Positions 1 through 13,715 of a DNA stretch of 64,000 nucleotides are shown piece after piece. The DNA lies in assembly GCF_001194135.2 (NCBI RefSeq), contig NC_069001.1, forward strand, positions 316,029 through 380,028. The letters are read 5' to 3'. This DNA comes from Octopus bimaculoides. Its lineage: Eukaryota. The translations under genes and the position numbers were made by a program. The first letter of the stretch is position 1. The number at the start of each line of letters is the position of its first letter. The notes under the pieces were generated by a model that saw only the letters and a list, made by a program, of their open reading frames with translations, did no database searches and had not been told where the DNA came from.

Positions 1-199
1 GGCCACAGTCCAATGACTGAGACAAAAAGTACACACACACACACATACACACAGTGAACTACTGCACACAACCAAATTCCACAGACAAGGTATTGGTCAA
101 CCCAAAGCGATTGCAGAGTACACTTGCACTGAGCGTCGGACGATCAGATTAAACCGAGAACCAAGAGGATTTCAGAGAAATGAAAATCTGATGCATTTT

Positions 200-365
200 C
201 AAAGAATGGATGTCTTTCTAACGAAACAGCCAAAAGAAAATGATGCAAATACTGAAATCCCTGTTCTGAGTTCAAGTCTGGCTAAGATTAATGCTGTTTG
301 CCATTTCTCTCAGGGGAGTCAATGAAATAAATACCAGTAATACACAAGGATCAATTCAGTCAACG
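200..365 (+). mobile_element. tRNA-derived SINE, working family B, degenerate
   Basis: B-box-like ttctgagttcaagtc followed by the core gtcaatgaaataaataccagta, which recurs at 13465, 31250, 31470 and 52230. Confidence 0.65.
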
Positions 366-549
366 ATGCACCTTTTTCTTTCCACAAGAAATTAAAAAGC
401 AAAAATAAATAAGAAATTCCGCTTTGTTGCCGGTGAAAAGAAAGCATTGTGAAATATAACCAAGGAATAGAATGGCATTAGTCTTATTAAACATCAGACT
501 GTGATGTTCTGCAGATTTCTATGACAATATATTTAATTATCTCACAATG

Positions 550-970
550 GGACATAATTGATGATGGAGATGATAATGGTGGTGACAGTGGTGATGATGG
601 TGGGGAGAGGAAGAGTGGTGGTGGTGGTGGTGGGCATAACAATGGCAATGGTGGCGGCTATAGTTAAGGAGATGGTGGTGGTGGTGGTGGTGTGTATAAT
701 GATGGCAGTGGTGGCAAGCATAGCAATGGTGGTGGTGGCTGATACAGTTAATATGGCAGTGGTGGTGGTGGTGGTAATGATGGTAGCGTTGTGATGGCAG
801 TGGCGGTGGTGGTGGTGGTGATATGCAGAGAAACCATGACAGAGGTGGTGATGGATATAGTAACAGTGTTGATGGCAGCTGTGGTATGGAACGTGGTTAA
901 TGGTGGTTCTGCTGGATAAGTGATAACGATGATGGTAATGGTGATGTTGATGATGATGGTGATGATGATG
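550..970. repeat. Cryptic (GGT/GAT/GGC)n trinucleotide low-complexity tract
   Basis: Degenerate tgg/tga/ggt triplet periodicity; explains the poly-His/Thr and poly-Val/Met ORFs. Confidence 0.9.
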
Positions 971-1859
971 AAGATACGGTCTCATATATCATCATTACAA
1001 TGTAACTCTGTATCAGGTTCGGTGGATTGCAGAATAGTTATTAATTACAACTTTAAAAGACAAGACAAGAATTTAAAAGAAGACAAAAAAAAAAAGTGGA
1101 AAAAAAAACACACACAGAGACGTTCAGAAGACAAAAATCATCATTAGTAGCTGACCACATGAATAGCAGTAACAACAAAAAAAAGAGAAAAAGGTAGTAA
1201 CTGTAACTTTATTGTCACCACCATGACCACCACCAACAACAACCTCTTCAATGATGAAGACAACTATTTAATAAGAATCTGTTGTTAAGATTTAGCTTTC
1301 TTTGATTAATCACCATTTGTGTTGTTTTGTTTTTTTAACGTTTTCTTTTGTTTTTGTCATTGACACAAGCAGTAAAACGGGGGGGGGATATAGCAAGGGA
1401 AAGGAAGGAGAGAATTAGAACTGTCAACGAGATTAGATTGGGACATCGGGGTTTTTTTAATAGTTGGTTCGGGGGTTGGGTTAGGTGTGTTTAGCATAAT
1501 TGTAATTAGGGTTAGGGCCAGGTCTGCTCTGATTTTGCATCCCTGTTTGATTAAAATTGGTCTTGCCTTGACCATTTCCTCTTTTATTCTGCAGGCAGAG
1601 TCCCCAAACACCAACTTACTGCTTAGAAACTGAACCTGAGTCATTGGAAACACCAAAACAGGATTTTGTCAAGGATTTATGACATCAGCAAGTGACTAAC
1701 CATTTCGAATCCCTGGTAGACACTTGTTTTTACCAATAGCTGGGTTATCGGCATAAACACAACACACCCAGCAGATACTTAACTCATTAGAATCCCAATC
1801 GTTATGATGCAGTGGGACCTTTTTTTTCATCTTGTTTTTATTTTTCTGGTTATGTGTGT

Positions 1860-2046
1860 TTAACCATTTTACTTCCCAAACTGATTTTGTTTCAATTAAT
1901 TTTGAAAATAACAAAAAATTCAGTAAAATATCTTTGTCATCATTAAGCTGTTGTTTAGGGTTTAAATGAACATGAAACTTTGATAGAAATTTTAATTTAG
2001 AACACTTTAAAAGAGGTCTCAAACAGGTTGGTATCGAAAGAATTAA
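1860..2046 (+). mobile_element. piggyBac-like MITE, degenerate
   Basis: Flanked by TTAA at 1860-1863 and 2043-2046. Its interior (ttcaattaattttgaaaataacaaaaaattcagtaaaatatctttgtc) matches the reverse complement of 52430-52544, whose end reads TTAA-CCCTTTCG. Confidence 0.55.
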
Positions 2047-2224
2047 AAGATTAAAAGGTGTAATTGAGGGAGATTTAGCTGATATTTCTAGCATGCTAGG
2101 TAAGCACACAACCATGCCCTTGTTATGCCAGAATAAACACCACAGCACTTATGATTTCGAAAATGATTAACTTGCTAAATTAACAGAGTCAAATGCCCAT
2201 TTTCTCTAAATTCAACTAAATTGA

Positions 2225-2372
2225 GTGAGGGAGCATCCAGCTGTAGAAATCATGGCAAAGTAGAGAGTGGAGCTTGGCACAGTCGGCTGGTTTCCAGTTC
2301 CTTTGAAACCATCCGACCCATGCCAGCAGAGAAAACAGACAGTAAATGGTGATGACGATAAAAATTAACATT
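2225..2372 (+). mobile_element. Retroelement 3' tail, family C (gcatccagctgtagaa core)
   Basis: Homologous to 49030-49165: gcatccagctgtagaaa...acccatgccagc...gatgacgat tail. Confidence 0.7.
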
Positions 2373-4187
2373 GGAAGGATTAAAGGCAGGAGAGATTAGA
2401 AACTTTAGAATCCAGCTCACTACTTCTTTTTATGGGAACTTCATTAAACTTAATAAAACACATTTAGTGGTAAATGGTAAAAATCAGTGGCGCAGCAGTC
2501 AGAATCCCTTGTGACACTTAGTTACTGCCCTCCTCCCCCTTACCTCCTGACTTTACTCCTACTCCTTCTGACATTGATAAAAATAGGACCAGTCAAAACA
2601 CTTGGATTGATATAAATAAATATATTGTTTTGGAGACAATGCTCTGACAATGCACGGCTGTCCAATGTCTGGAACCAGAAATAGAAAGAATGTCACTGCA
2701 TCCTTGTAACACATCAAAGAAGAACAAGTTCAAGTTCAAGTCTGAACAGCTGAAATCTCACCTCTGTTCCACATGTCAGCTTTTGTAGGGAAATAAGTGC
2801 AGAAAGGTCAATAACTAAGTCACCAACCACTGAAGAAGAAGAAAACAGCAACAAAAAGGGCCTAAGGTCTCTACCGTCAAGCAAACCACACATAAAAACC
2901 AAACTGTCCTTTAGGCCTACATCTTTTCACCCCCACAAGCCTTGGAAAACCGAGTTGTGGACTTGCCATGCACACAGACAAATTAGAGAGAAAGAGAGAG
3001 AGAGAGAGAGGAAGAATTTTAACCCTTAAACCACATTATGGATTAATCGAATCCTATTGGTCAATAATTGTTGTTGTTGCTGTTGTTGTTGTTTTCCTAA
3101 ATTCATTCATATCTAACAAGGAAAGAAGGTTTCCAATTGGAATTCTACAGGTTCTGCTTTGCTCTCTGTGAATGGATCTTGATTAGGGCATCAAAGAGGG
3201 TATTTCCCCGGGGGCATATTGCTTGGATGTGTGCGTGTGTATGTGTGTGTGTGTATGAGTGTGTTTATGTGAAACATTTTGGGAAGAATTGCTTGTGGTA
3301 TATATATATGTGTGTGTGTGTGTGTGTATGTGTTTATTTGATATTCTGGTTATAATATGTAAACATTTATGTATTCTAATGTGTGTATGTTTATGTGTAT
3401 TTATTGTGCATGTGTGAGTGTGTGTGTGTGTGTGTGTGCAGTTTTGCATTTTGTATGTCTGTGTGTGCACTCACAGACAATTCCTTGCATAGAATAAGAC
3501 TTACAAATACATGCACAAGAATATATTGTACGTGTGTGTGTGTTTGTGTGTATCCATATCCATACATAATAAAGGGTAATACATAATTCCTGCATTTCTA
3601 TAGTGTGTGTGTGTGTGTCTGTGTGTGTGTGTGTGTCTGTGTGTGTGTGTGTGTCTGTGTGCATATGTCTGAGCAATAAGTTGTTTGTTTCTATAGCTCT
3701 GCCAAGCAGAAGAGTTTTTCTGCAGTTAACAATAAATGTAAATATATTGCTTTATTGTTGTTGAAAATGTTTAGCATAGTTCATCTTAATAATTGCCTCC
3801 TTGTTTGTAAAATGTGCTGTTGTACAGCTTCAACTGGCTAACCATATCTATTTCTAAATCTATCTATATTAGTGTGTATGCATGATGTGTGTGTGTGAGA
3901 GAGAGTATGCATGTTTACATTTATGCACTTATACATGTGTGTATGTGTATTAAATTGAAGTTGTTATTTTAAAAGCAAGTTTTAGAATAACAACAGAGCA
4001 TTGAACATTTAGTGAATGGGGGACTCAACACAGAAAGTAGAGTCAAATTTATTGTAAAACTCATGCTGAATAAGTTGTCAGGTAGCATGAATTTTACAGT
4101 GTGTATGTGTGTGTGTGTGTGTATGGGTGCGTGTGTGTGTGTGTGTGGGTGCGTGTGTGTGTGTATGAGTACATCTGTAAAGATATA

Positions 4188-4285
4188 TACAGTGGAACCT
4201 CTGTTTAGGAACACATCGTCATAAACAAATCGGTTTATGAACAATTTTTTGAACATAAAATGTCTTGAATGATGAACAGTGTCTC
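4188..4285 (+). mobile_element. pogo/Tigger-like DNA transposon terminus (relic)
   Basis: TA followed by CAGTGGAACCTCTGTTTAGGAAC...AAATCGGTTTATGAACAA, resembling pogo/Tigger TIRs. No partner TIR was found. Confidence 0.5.
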
Positions 4286-5709
4286 AAGTAATAACCACAC
4301 AAGCCAGCAACAACATTAAAATAAATATAAATAAACTTAATTAAAATAATTATATTCATATGGAGCTGCAGAGTGTTCCTCAAAATCGGTGAAACCCTTC
4401 TCCCAATTTTACCAGTTCCAAAACCATTCCCAAAGCCATCTTATAACTTACCAGACAACCTGATTTTTCAATGGCTTATTTTGAAATTGTGACTGTAAAA
4501 GTTTTAAGAGACACCAGGCTGACCTTACCGTTCCAAACCAAACATAAAAGGACTCATAAGGAAATATGGAAAATTCTTAACAGAAAAAAGATGTCAATTT
4601 TGAACATGACTGAGTTTTTAATACAAACATGTTTGAAAGAAAAGGAACAGCTGAAGAGAATTTAACGTTTTATATCTCAGCGACCAGAAAAATGATAATT
4701 TCTTCTACCTTGTTGTGTATAGGAGAATAGAATCTTTACAAATAACACATTCACACTGTTGAGAAAGATTTACTCTCATAGTTTTGTATAAAGATGTGTG
4801 TGGGTGTGTGTGTGTGTGTGTATGTGTGTGTGTGTGTGTGTATGTGTGTGTGTGTGTGTATGTGTGTGTGTGTGTGTAATACATGTTGTTGCACTCCATT
4901 ACAGTGTTCAAGAACAGTTTAACAAAAGAGCTTAAAAATCACATGGTAATTGTTTACACATTTTGTGCGTATGTATGTGCATGTGCGTGCATGTGTGTGT
5001 GTATGTCTATTTATATAAAGAACATGAGTCACAAATGGAATGCATACAAGCACTCACACACACACACACATAGATACAGGTATAAAACTAAAATAGTTTT
5101 GAATATAAAAATACAGACCCTTTTAATCCACTTTTCCTGGGGTATATAAAAATTTCTCTTTAGTGTTTTGTTTGTTTCCTGTTGTTACACAGCTGAGAGG
5201 TGTATATTATGTAGGGTAGTGAGTGTAGCCTGTTAAGTGCTAACTTATTTGTAATCTTCTCGAATCAGGTCTTTGCCCCATTTCTTTAGATGACGTTGCA
5301 TTTGGGATTAAAAAGGAAAGTCTTCCAGGCTCAGTTTAAAGTTGCAGACGAGTCTCTCTAAATGTGTTAACATCATCCACATCACATGACTCACTCATTC
5401 TCAATGCTTTCTTTTAACTGCCAAAGAACTTCCAACACCATTGCTAAATACTGGAGATGGTGGTGGTGGTGGTGGTTGTGACAGTGCATGCATATATGTG
5501 TGTGCGTGTGTATAAATATTTATATGCGTTTGTGCATGTATATGCATATGTATATATGTGTACATGTATGTGCATATAGACATATATATGTGTATACTGG
5601 CACACACACACAAGGTATGTATTCTGTGTATGTTCCATATTTCCAGATGTGTCTGTGTGTAAAATACATAACTCACAACAAATTAAGTCCACATAAATTC
5701 ATAGAATCA

Positions 5710-5760
<51 letters not shown>

Positions 5761-6539
5761 TAGTAATACAATTTGCTAGTACCAATAAATATTGCATCAC
5801 AGATCAAGATCATAATATATTTATCTAAGATGTGAAAAACAAACACAAATTGATGTTACATAACTACTAAAGTACTATGTTAACCAGTCGTCTTGGTTAT
5901 TTCACCTACTGTAACCTTCTACTCAAAGACAGTCTTGGAGATGTCACCTTTCTCTGATAAATGTTAGCACAAAGAATAAAAATACTTGACGCACAAAGAC
6001 ATCTGTTAACAAGGTAAGCAAGAGGAATAAAGTGATATAAGACACAATATATGAATCATGTATTTAAAATAAAGCTATGACGACCAAGTTGTTAATGTGT
6101 TACACTGACAGCTTCATGAATTTACCAAGTCAGAAGCAAAATTCTGGTTTTGTTCATTGAAAATAAAACAATTTGTGTTGAACGAAACTCTTTTCTTTCC
6201 CAAATAACTTTATTGCATCACAATGGAAAATAAATATCAATCTTACTCTAATAGATTATATTTGTTTATATTTGTTTGCTTAATGTCTGGGTTTTCTTTT
6301 ATGTTGATGGGGGTCAGCGGCAGATTTATTGGTGACAATATTTTTTGACCAGATGCTGTAAACTTCATAACAACAGCCCCCAGTAATATCTAGTCTTAGT
6401 TTCATAAAACCTTCAACAGAAAAAAAGGAAGCTGAAAATTTTGACCCAGTTGGGTAATTTATTCAGCTTTAATGCAAAATTATTTTAGAACAAGGATGAA
6501 CATACGTTTCTTATCTGAATCAGAAATCACTATAGACAG

Positions 6540-6700
6540 ACATGGCTGCATGGTTAAGAAGGCCAGTTTGCAACCATTTGGTTTCAAGTTCAATCCCACT
6601 GTGCAACACTTTGAGCAAGTGTCCTATACTGTAGCCCTGGGGCAACTAAAGCCTTCTGGACTGAATTTGGTAGATAGAAGTTGTGTGGTTGGGAAGCAAA
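6540..6700 (+). mobile_element. tRNA-derived SINE head, family A
   Basis: A-box-like tggctgcatggttaag, B-box-like caagttcaatccc, then gcaagtgtcctatactgtagcc...gaatttggtaga. Reverse-complement homolog at 39840-39975. Confidence 0.75.
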
Positions 6701-6957
6701 CTTCCTGCCACATAACCATGCCTGTACCTATCTGAATGACTTGGTCATGGTTGGAATATAGTTTGATCCAGGACCTACCACCAACACAAATAGACTTGAA
6801 AGTATGTGTCATTTATGAATGACCTTACACACCTACAATGTTCAACATCTACAAACGACTGCGTCAGGGCAAAACATGCATTCAACTACATTTGTTTAAA
6901 AATAGGCCTTTTTTTATTTTCATTATCTGTGTTTTGTGTTGCCATCATTCAAACTCA

Positions 6958-7021
<64 letters not shown>

Positions 7022-7491
7022 ATAGGTGTGAGTATATGCGTTCACATTATTACCTTTATCTTTATGCATGTGTGTGTGTGTGTGCGTGTGTACACCCTAG
7101 GCAGCAGTGTGTTTGTATATAAAGTGTTTTAGTCGACTCTATATTGAGAAGGAAACATAAGACGCTTATTATTTTCCAATAATAATTATAGCAGAATCAA
7201 ATAACCTTCAAAACGAAAATTGGCCACGCTTACCACAAGTCTGCAATTGAGTCTGAAGCCACCGAAATTAATTATAGTGTACTGTGTGTCCCTAAAATAT
7301 GAACTCATTTCAAAATTAACAATGACATATGTATCTGGCTAACTTCCCTTTTCTCTCTTACTCTTTCTTTCTCTCTTCTCTGAGCCCCCCTCTCTCTCTC
7401 CCTCCTTCTCTCTCAAGACTCTGCTTCAGTATTTATACATGAGTGTATTTATGGATGTATTAGTTTTCATAACAGCATGTGTATTCGTGTG

Positions 7492-7527
<36 letters not shown>

Positions 7528-7689
7528 GCAGAGAGAGGGAGTCAGTGTGTGTGTGTGTGTGTAAATGTACACATACATGTTAAGTCCACAATTTTACATC
7601 CACAAAATTACTGCCATTGAGTCATTTACGCACACACAAACAAACGTATTGTTAAATACAGACAGAATACACATAGACGCTTTAGCCTA

Positions 7690-7746
<57 letters not shown>

Positions 7747-8067
7747 NNNNNNNNNNNNNNNNNNNNNNNNNNNNNNNNNNNNNNNNNNNNNNNNNNNNNN
7801 NNNNNNNNNNNNNNNNNNNNNNNNNNNNNNNNNNNNNNNNNNNNNNNNNNNNNNNNNNNNNNNNNNNNNNNNNNNNNNNNNNNNNNNNNNNNNNNNNNNN
7901 NNNNNNNNNNNNNNNNNNNNNNNNNNNNNNNNNNNNNNNNNNNNNNNNNNNNNNNNNNNNNNNNNNNNNNNNNNNNNNNNNNNNNNNNNNNNNNNNNNNN
8001 NNNNNNNNNNNNNNNNNNNNNNNNNNNNNNNNNNNNNNNNNNNNNNNNNNNNNNNNNNNNNNNNNNN

Positions 8068-8113
<46 letters not shown>

Positions 8114-8520
8114 CTTTACTTGCAATTCCAACAATCAACTTTGTAACAGATGTTTTTTAAAACTGATTCTACATTCAAAGTAACAACATCTATGGAATAC
8201 TCAGCCATTCATATTCCAATTTGATGAGCCGATTTGTATTGTTGATTCAACAGGAATGCTCGTTATTGAAATTAATGGAGGATCCATTTATGATATGAAG
8301 AGATGACTATTTGAATGCATATATGTAAATGTATATATGTGTGTGTATGTGCATGTGTGTGTGTGTGTATGTGTGTGCGTGTAGTTGAGTAAGTGTATGT
8401 GTGTGTGAGATTGTGAGATGTTTCCATTTATGATGCTGTCTGTTACTGTCAGTGAATACATGTTAGTTTTTTCATGTGCTTCATCATAATAGTTTTATGT
8501 ATGTGTGTGCATACAAATAT

Positions 8521-8556
<36 letters not shown>

Positions 8557-8913
8557 CTATATGACTATAGTAGAGGTCACATATCTCTGTACACAATGGA
8601 TAATGAAACGGTGGTGGTGGTGGTGGTGACACGGTACCAGGAGGGCTTACGCTGCTGTTGCCCAGCACCACAGCAGTTCACTCGTCAATGGCTCTGAAGT
8701 TCCAGAGAGTCTGGATGGGTTTTGCTGTTGTTTGTTTGTTTGTTTGCTTGTTTTTAACCGTGGTGGTGGCAGTGGTGGTGGTGGTCAGCTGTTTATCAGA
8801 TCAGTTGAGTGAATTATGATGAAATCTGAATCCAGCCATCATTGCTGATAAGGGAAGTAAAGGAGATGCTATGCACTGTACAGTGTGTTTGTATATACAT
8901 GCATATAATATAT

Positions 8914-8954
<41 letters not shown>

Positions 8955-10389
8955 CATATGTACATACATGCATACATATATATCATATGGTGGACTGCTG
9001 GCATACATAAATCCCTGGATCCCCTTTCTTCTCTCTCTCCCTCCCACTCCCTCCCACTCTCTCAGAATAAACATAACTGCAAATAAGAGAAGACCCTCTC
9101 CTCCTCCTCCTCCTCCTGGTGCAGACAGACATATGCTGACAGTGTAGGTAAAGTGAGCTCTTTCCCCCTGCACAGCAAACGTGAATGGGGGGNNNNNNNN
9201 NNNNNNNNNNNNNNNNNNNNNNNNNNNNNNNNNNNNNNNNNNNNNNNNNNNNNNNNNNNNNNNNNNNNNNNNNNNNNNNNNNNNNNNNNNNNNNNNNNNN
9301 NNNNNNNNNNNNNNNNNNNNNNNNNNNNNNNNNNNNNNNNNNNNNNNNNNNNNNNNNNNNNNNNNNNNNNNNNNNNNNNNNNNNNNNNAAGCTCAGTTTT
9401 GCTGCTGCCCCTAGTAACCGTCCACCCTTTCCATTCCCCCTCCAAAGCCAATGGACATAAGTCCTCATCAAAAACAATATCGTTAGAGGAAGAACAATAA
9501 AACATAAGATGCAGCAATGGCGGGGAAGTACTACTAAAAAACAAAACAACCACCGACATCACCAACACCATTTTCAATAACGTCCCCCCCTCTCTGCTAC
9601 CACCACCACCACCACCACCACCACTACTACTACAATGAGAAGTTGCAAGTAGAACATTAACAATAACAACAACAAAAAAGGAAACCATCAGTTAGTCTTG
9701 AATAGAACCATCACCAAAACTAAGCTGTATCCTCATCATTTTGCAAAAAAATATGACCCTCCACTGAGAATGGATCAAGACATACAAATCATTTTTCTGT
9801 CGAGGTATTTCTCTTTGGAATATGCGTGTGTGTGTGTGCACAAGCATGCATCTGTCAGTGTATGTGCATGTGTGTATGCATATGTTCTGTGTGTGTGTGT
9901 GTGTGTGTGTGTGTAGTTTGCTCTCTTCTGAATCCCATCCTCCTCAACCTTTATCACATGTCACATCCCATTATTTACCAAATGAACATCATGTTTGTCT
10001 TTTAATAAGGAGAGAGGTGACTTTCTCCAGAGACTCTACCATCACCTGCACCACCACCACCACTCTCTAACTACAACTTTCCACCATGTTATCGCTGTCC
10101 CTTATTTCCCCCCTCCCCCCGTCTCCTTCCCACCCTTTTGTTATCTTCTGCAACTCCCCAACCACTCACCCATTGTCCTGAACCAACTTCAATTCGGGGC
10201 AGTTGTGTGGGGTGAAACAAATAAGTGAAGAGACAAAGAAATAGAGGAAGGCATAAATAGATAAATAAGAGCCAAGAAATGTTATATCTGCAGACTTGGA
10301 TTTCAAAAAATGAATTATTTCTTTACAGCTAATGTCCATTCAACTGATGCAGAGGGAAATGGCCAAGTGGGTAAAGTATCAGACAACTA

Positions 10390-10770
10390 TATTTAGAGGT
10401 TATAAGTTCATATTTCACAACTGTAGGCAGTTTTATGTGGACTCTAAGTCAACGAACGAAATATACATGGTTGATATTTTGTCCCAGGTCAGCCATGATC
10501 CAGTGAAACTGATCAAAATCGTTCTAGTTGCAGCTAATTGCATATTATTGCATATTTATATACAGCAATTTATGCATCATTAGCATGATCTGTTCAGGGT
10601 ATATACATATGAGATTGTTGGACTAATAACAGAGGAAAATTCCTCTTCAAACAATTTATACACCCTGAAGAGATCACACTAATGATGCATAAATCATTGC
10701 ATATAGATATGCAAAACAATATGCAATTAGAATGATCGAAACAGATGTTGGACAATTATTACAAATAAGC
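10390..10770 (+). mobile_element. Possible Penelope-like element 3' relic (GIY-YIG-like fragment plus hammerhead)
   Basis: Translation YKFIFHNCRQFYVDS weakly resembles the PLE GIY-YIG N-terminal motif (Y-x-x-x-C-x-x-C-x-x-x-YIG). A hammerhead core lies about 230 bp downstream. Confidence 0.4.
10661..10758 (+). ncRNA. Type I hammerhead ribozyme motif with extended stem II (possibly degenerate)
   Basis: CUGAAGA (10665-10671), GAUCA/UGAUC stem II base, GAAA (10738-10741), ACAGAUGU stem III and GUU triplet (10747-10749). Stem I is only CC/GG plus distal AAUU/AAUU. Confidence 0.6.
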
Positions 10771-11780
10771 TAACTGGAAATAGAAACATAAAGTTTGAAT
10801 GTTCAAATGCTTCATTCTCCTTATTATCAACATTGCACTTTATACACTCGAAGTAGTCAAAGAATAAACTGTAACTTCGGATGGAAGTTAAAGGAAGTTT
10901 ACCAGCCCTTGACATTTTACATAGAGAGGATCGGTGTCTGCCTGGATATCATATCCCTCCTCTCTGTGTGTGTGTTTGTGTGTGTGCAAAGGTAGAGAAG
11001 TTTAATAAGAGTTTCCTTCAAGGAAGGAAATTTTATCAAAATGAAAAATAAAGAAAAAGATACAAAACAAAAGACAGCAATGAATCATCATAAGAGAAAA
11101 ACAAACAAATAATTAATTCCATATATATTATATATACATATACATACATATATACATTTATATATGTACACACATATATGTAACTCCATAATACATTATA
11201 AAGTAAATCCTTAATAATTATAAGTTTAATCTTAACAAGAAGCTATATGTTAATACAGTAGGAGAGCTTGGTGTATTATATATAGCTTTTATTTATTGTT
11301 TTTCAATTTATTTATAAGTATTTCTTAATTCTACATCAAACCTTCTCTGTTGGTACAATATCTAAAACCTCAAATGCTGACATATAAAGAAGCAAAAGCT
11401 CAGACATGAAGAAATAGATAACCAAAACCTCACAGCTTACATAAAAAAAAATAGTGCTTTGAGGTTCTGCTCACATTTTACACAGCATACTTTCAATGCA
11501 ATAGAATGCATGCAGAGCTGCACTCTGATGTACAGTGGAAACACTATAAAAATAAGACTATAGAAGTATTATTACTAATATTACAACTACAAGATAACAA
11601 CAACAAGATAATAAGGAGACATTACCAGAACATAATAGGATGACACTTTGAACTTCGATCCATATAGACAAACATAAACGATCACACAGCAATAAATACC
11701 CCAAATGTATCTTCTCCCTCCCTCCCTCTCTCTCTCTCTCTCTTTCACTCTCTTTCTCTCTCTCTCTCCTTCACTGACAA

Positions 11781-11830
<50 letters not shown>

Positions 11831-12264
11831 GTATGTTTTGTGTAACATTAAACAGAAACAATGAAATGTTAAGTCCCCAATGAAAGACTCCTACCTAGAC
11901 TCCCAACCAAACAGGCCCACAGATCTAGGATTATGATTATAATCATTTTTTTCCCTATTGGTCACAAGAACTAGTGTCGGGTGGAAATTACATTAGAAAC
12001 AGTGGTGTTGGGGTTTATTCTAAAAGTGTATGAAAAATTGTCAATGAATGTCGAAGGGTACACAGTATACAAAATTATATAATGCCCCTAAAGTATGGCA
12101 GCCACCTAAGGCAAATCAAGGAACCCTAAAGATCCAGAATTACTCTGAAGACTAAGGCAAGTGAACTCCTCCCACCGTCATTTTCTGACCAACAAGGGTA
12201 TCCGAGTATAGACTGAGGTCAGTGTTTTTTAAACTTGTCCAACACAATGGTGCAGACAGAAGAA

Positions 12265-12415
12265 TTATAGACATGCAGAAAAGACTTAGGTCTGTCATCA
12301 GCCCCAGGAGACAGAAGAATGAAAGCTCAAGTTGCCCTCAGTGGGATTTGAAATCAGCTGCAAAACTAAATACAGCAAAGCATTTTGTCCAACACTCTAA
12401 TGATTCAACCACGAC
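12265..12415 (-). mobile_element. SINE family B
   Basis: Reverse complement of the family B head and core (gaatgaaagctcaagttgccctcagtgggatttgaaatcag...gcattttgtccaacactctaatgattc). Confidence 0.65.
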
Positions 12416-12562
12416 AGGTTTTAAAAGTTCCTTTATACAAATTACTTTGTTACACATTCTTATGAGATGATAGGCTTTAGTGACAGATTGTATTCAGTGA
12501 ATAGATTTGGTTTAGGAAACCCCTCTTATAATGTCTATCATAATTATTCAGACAAACACTAT

Positions 12563-12670
<108 letters not shown>

Positions 12671-13096
12671 ATGTTTTTATGTAATATATGCATATTCATC
12701 TATAAATTATTATATATATATACACACACATACATACATATATATATATATATACATACATATACATATGTAGATATCATACACAATGTTTGTATATATG
12801 TTTATTGCCGATTAGAAAATGTGGGAAGAATAAACAGATTATCCCTACACTTAATCCAATAATCTTTGCTTATTGGTTGTTTTGAGTGACACAGCTCCTA
12901 TGCATATAAGATAATAAGTCTATAAGACCCGAGAAGGTATACCGGTATGTGTGTGTGTGTGTGTTGAGGGAGAGAGAGAATGAGAGGGAGAGAGAGAGAG
13001 GAGGACATACATATCTTGGGTATTTATTGCTTTGTGTTTGTTTAGGTTTGTCTGTAAGTCTGTGGATGCTTAGTCTAAATTATTAGACATACATCT

Positions 13097-13148
<52 letters not shown>

Positions 13149-13464
13149 CGCGTGCGCGCACCGATGCTGTTTTCAGTGCATGTGTTTATGGTATAAGTAA
13201 ATGCTTGTGGAAACATTACATATTAGAGGGAGAAAAGCAGATATTTAGCAAGAGGAAGGTAACAAAAACAAAAACAAACAAAAAATGAATGGGGGGTAAA
13301 CAATGGAATTAAGTGTGAGAGAGAGAGAGAGAGAGTAAGAGATATAGACAAAGTGAGAGAGAAGTTTAGATATGTTGAATGTAAAAGGTAGAAAGTGAAT
13401 GAAAGGACAGAAGAGAAAGTGATATTAAAAGAAAGAAAAGAGAATTCATCCCAGATCTTTAGAT

Positions 13465-13715
13465 TCTGATTTCAAATCCCAGCAAGGTTAACTTTGTCTT
13501 TCAGCCTTTCAGAGTTGATAGAATAAAATTCCAGTCATGTACTGGACTCCAGGGTATTGACTGACACCCACCCCACTGAAAATTGCTGGCCGAAAACCTA
13601 AATTAGAAACAATTGTTATATTATTGTGAAGGCGTGTGGTCCAGTGGTTAAGGTGTTGTACTCATTATTGGCACATTGTGGTTTCAAATTGCAGACAAGG
13701 TGGTGCATCTTTTAC
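13465..13715 (+). mobile_element. SINE family B body followed directly by a second tRNA-like SINE head
   Basis: ttctgatttcaaatcccagcaaggttaactttgtctttcagcc...ttagaaacaattgttat, then ggcgtgtggtccagtggttaagg (A box) ... ggtttcaaatt (B box). Confidence 0.65.

Noticed and set aside
542-985. 147-aa His/Thr-rich ORF and overlapping Val/Met-rich ORFs
   Set aside because: Translations of a cryptic trinucleotide repeat, with no splice or domain support.
10329-10370. NVHSTDAEGNG resembling an ankyrin or cadherin motif
   Set aside because: Only 14 codons, an alternative frame is equally open, and no further repeats were found, so no gene family was assigned.
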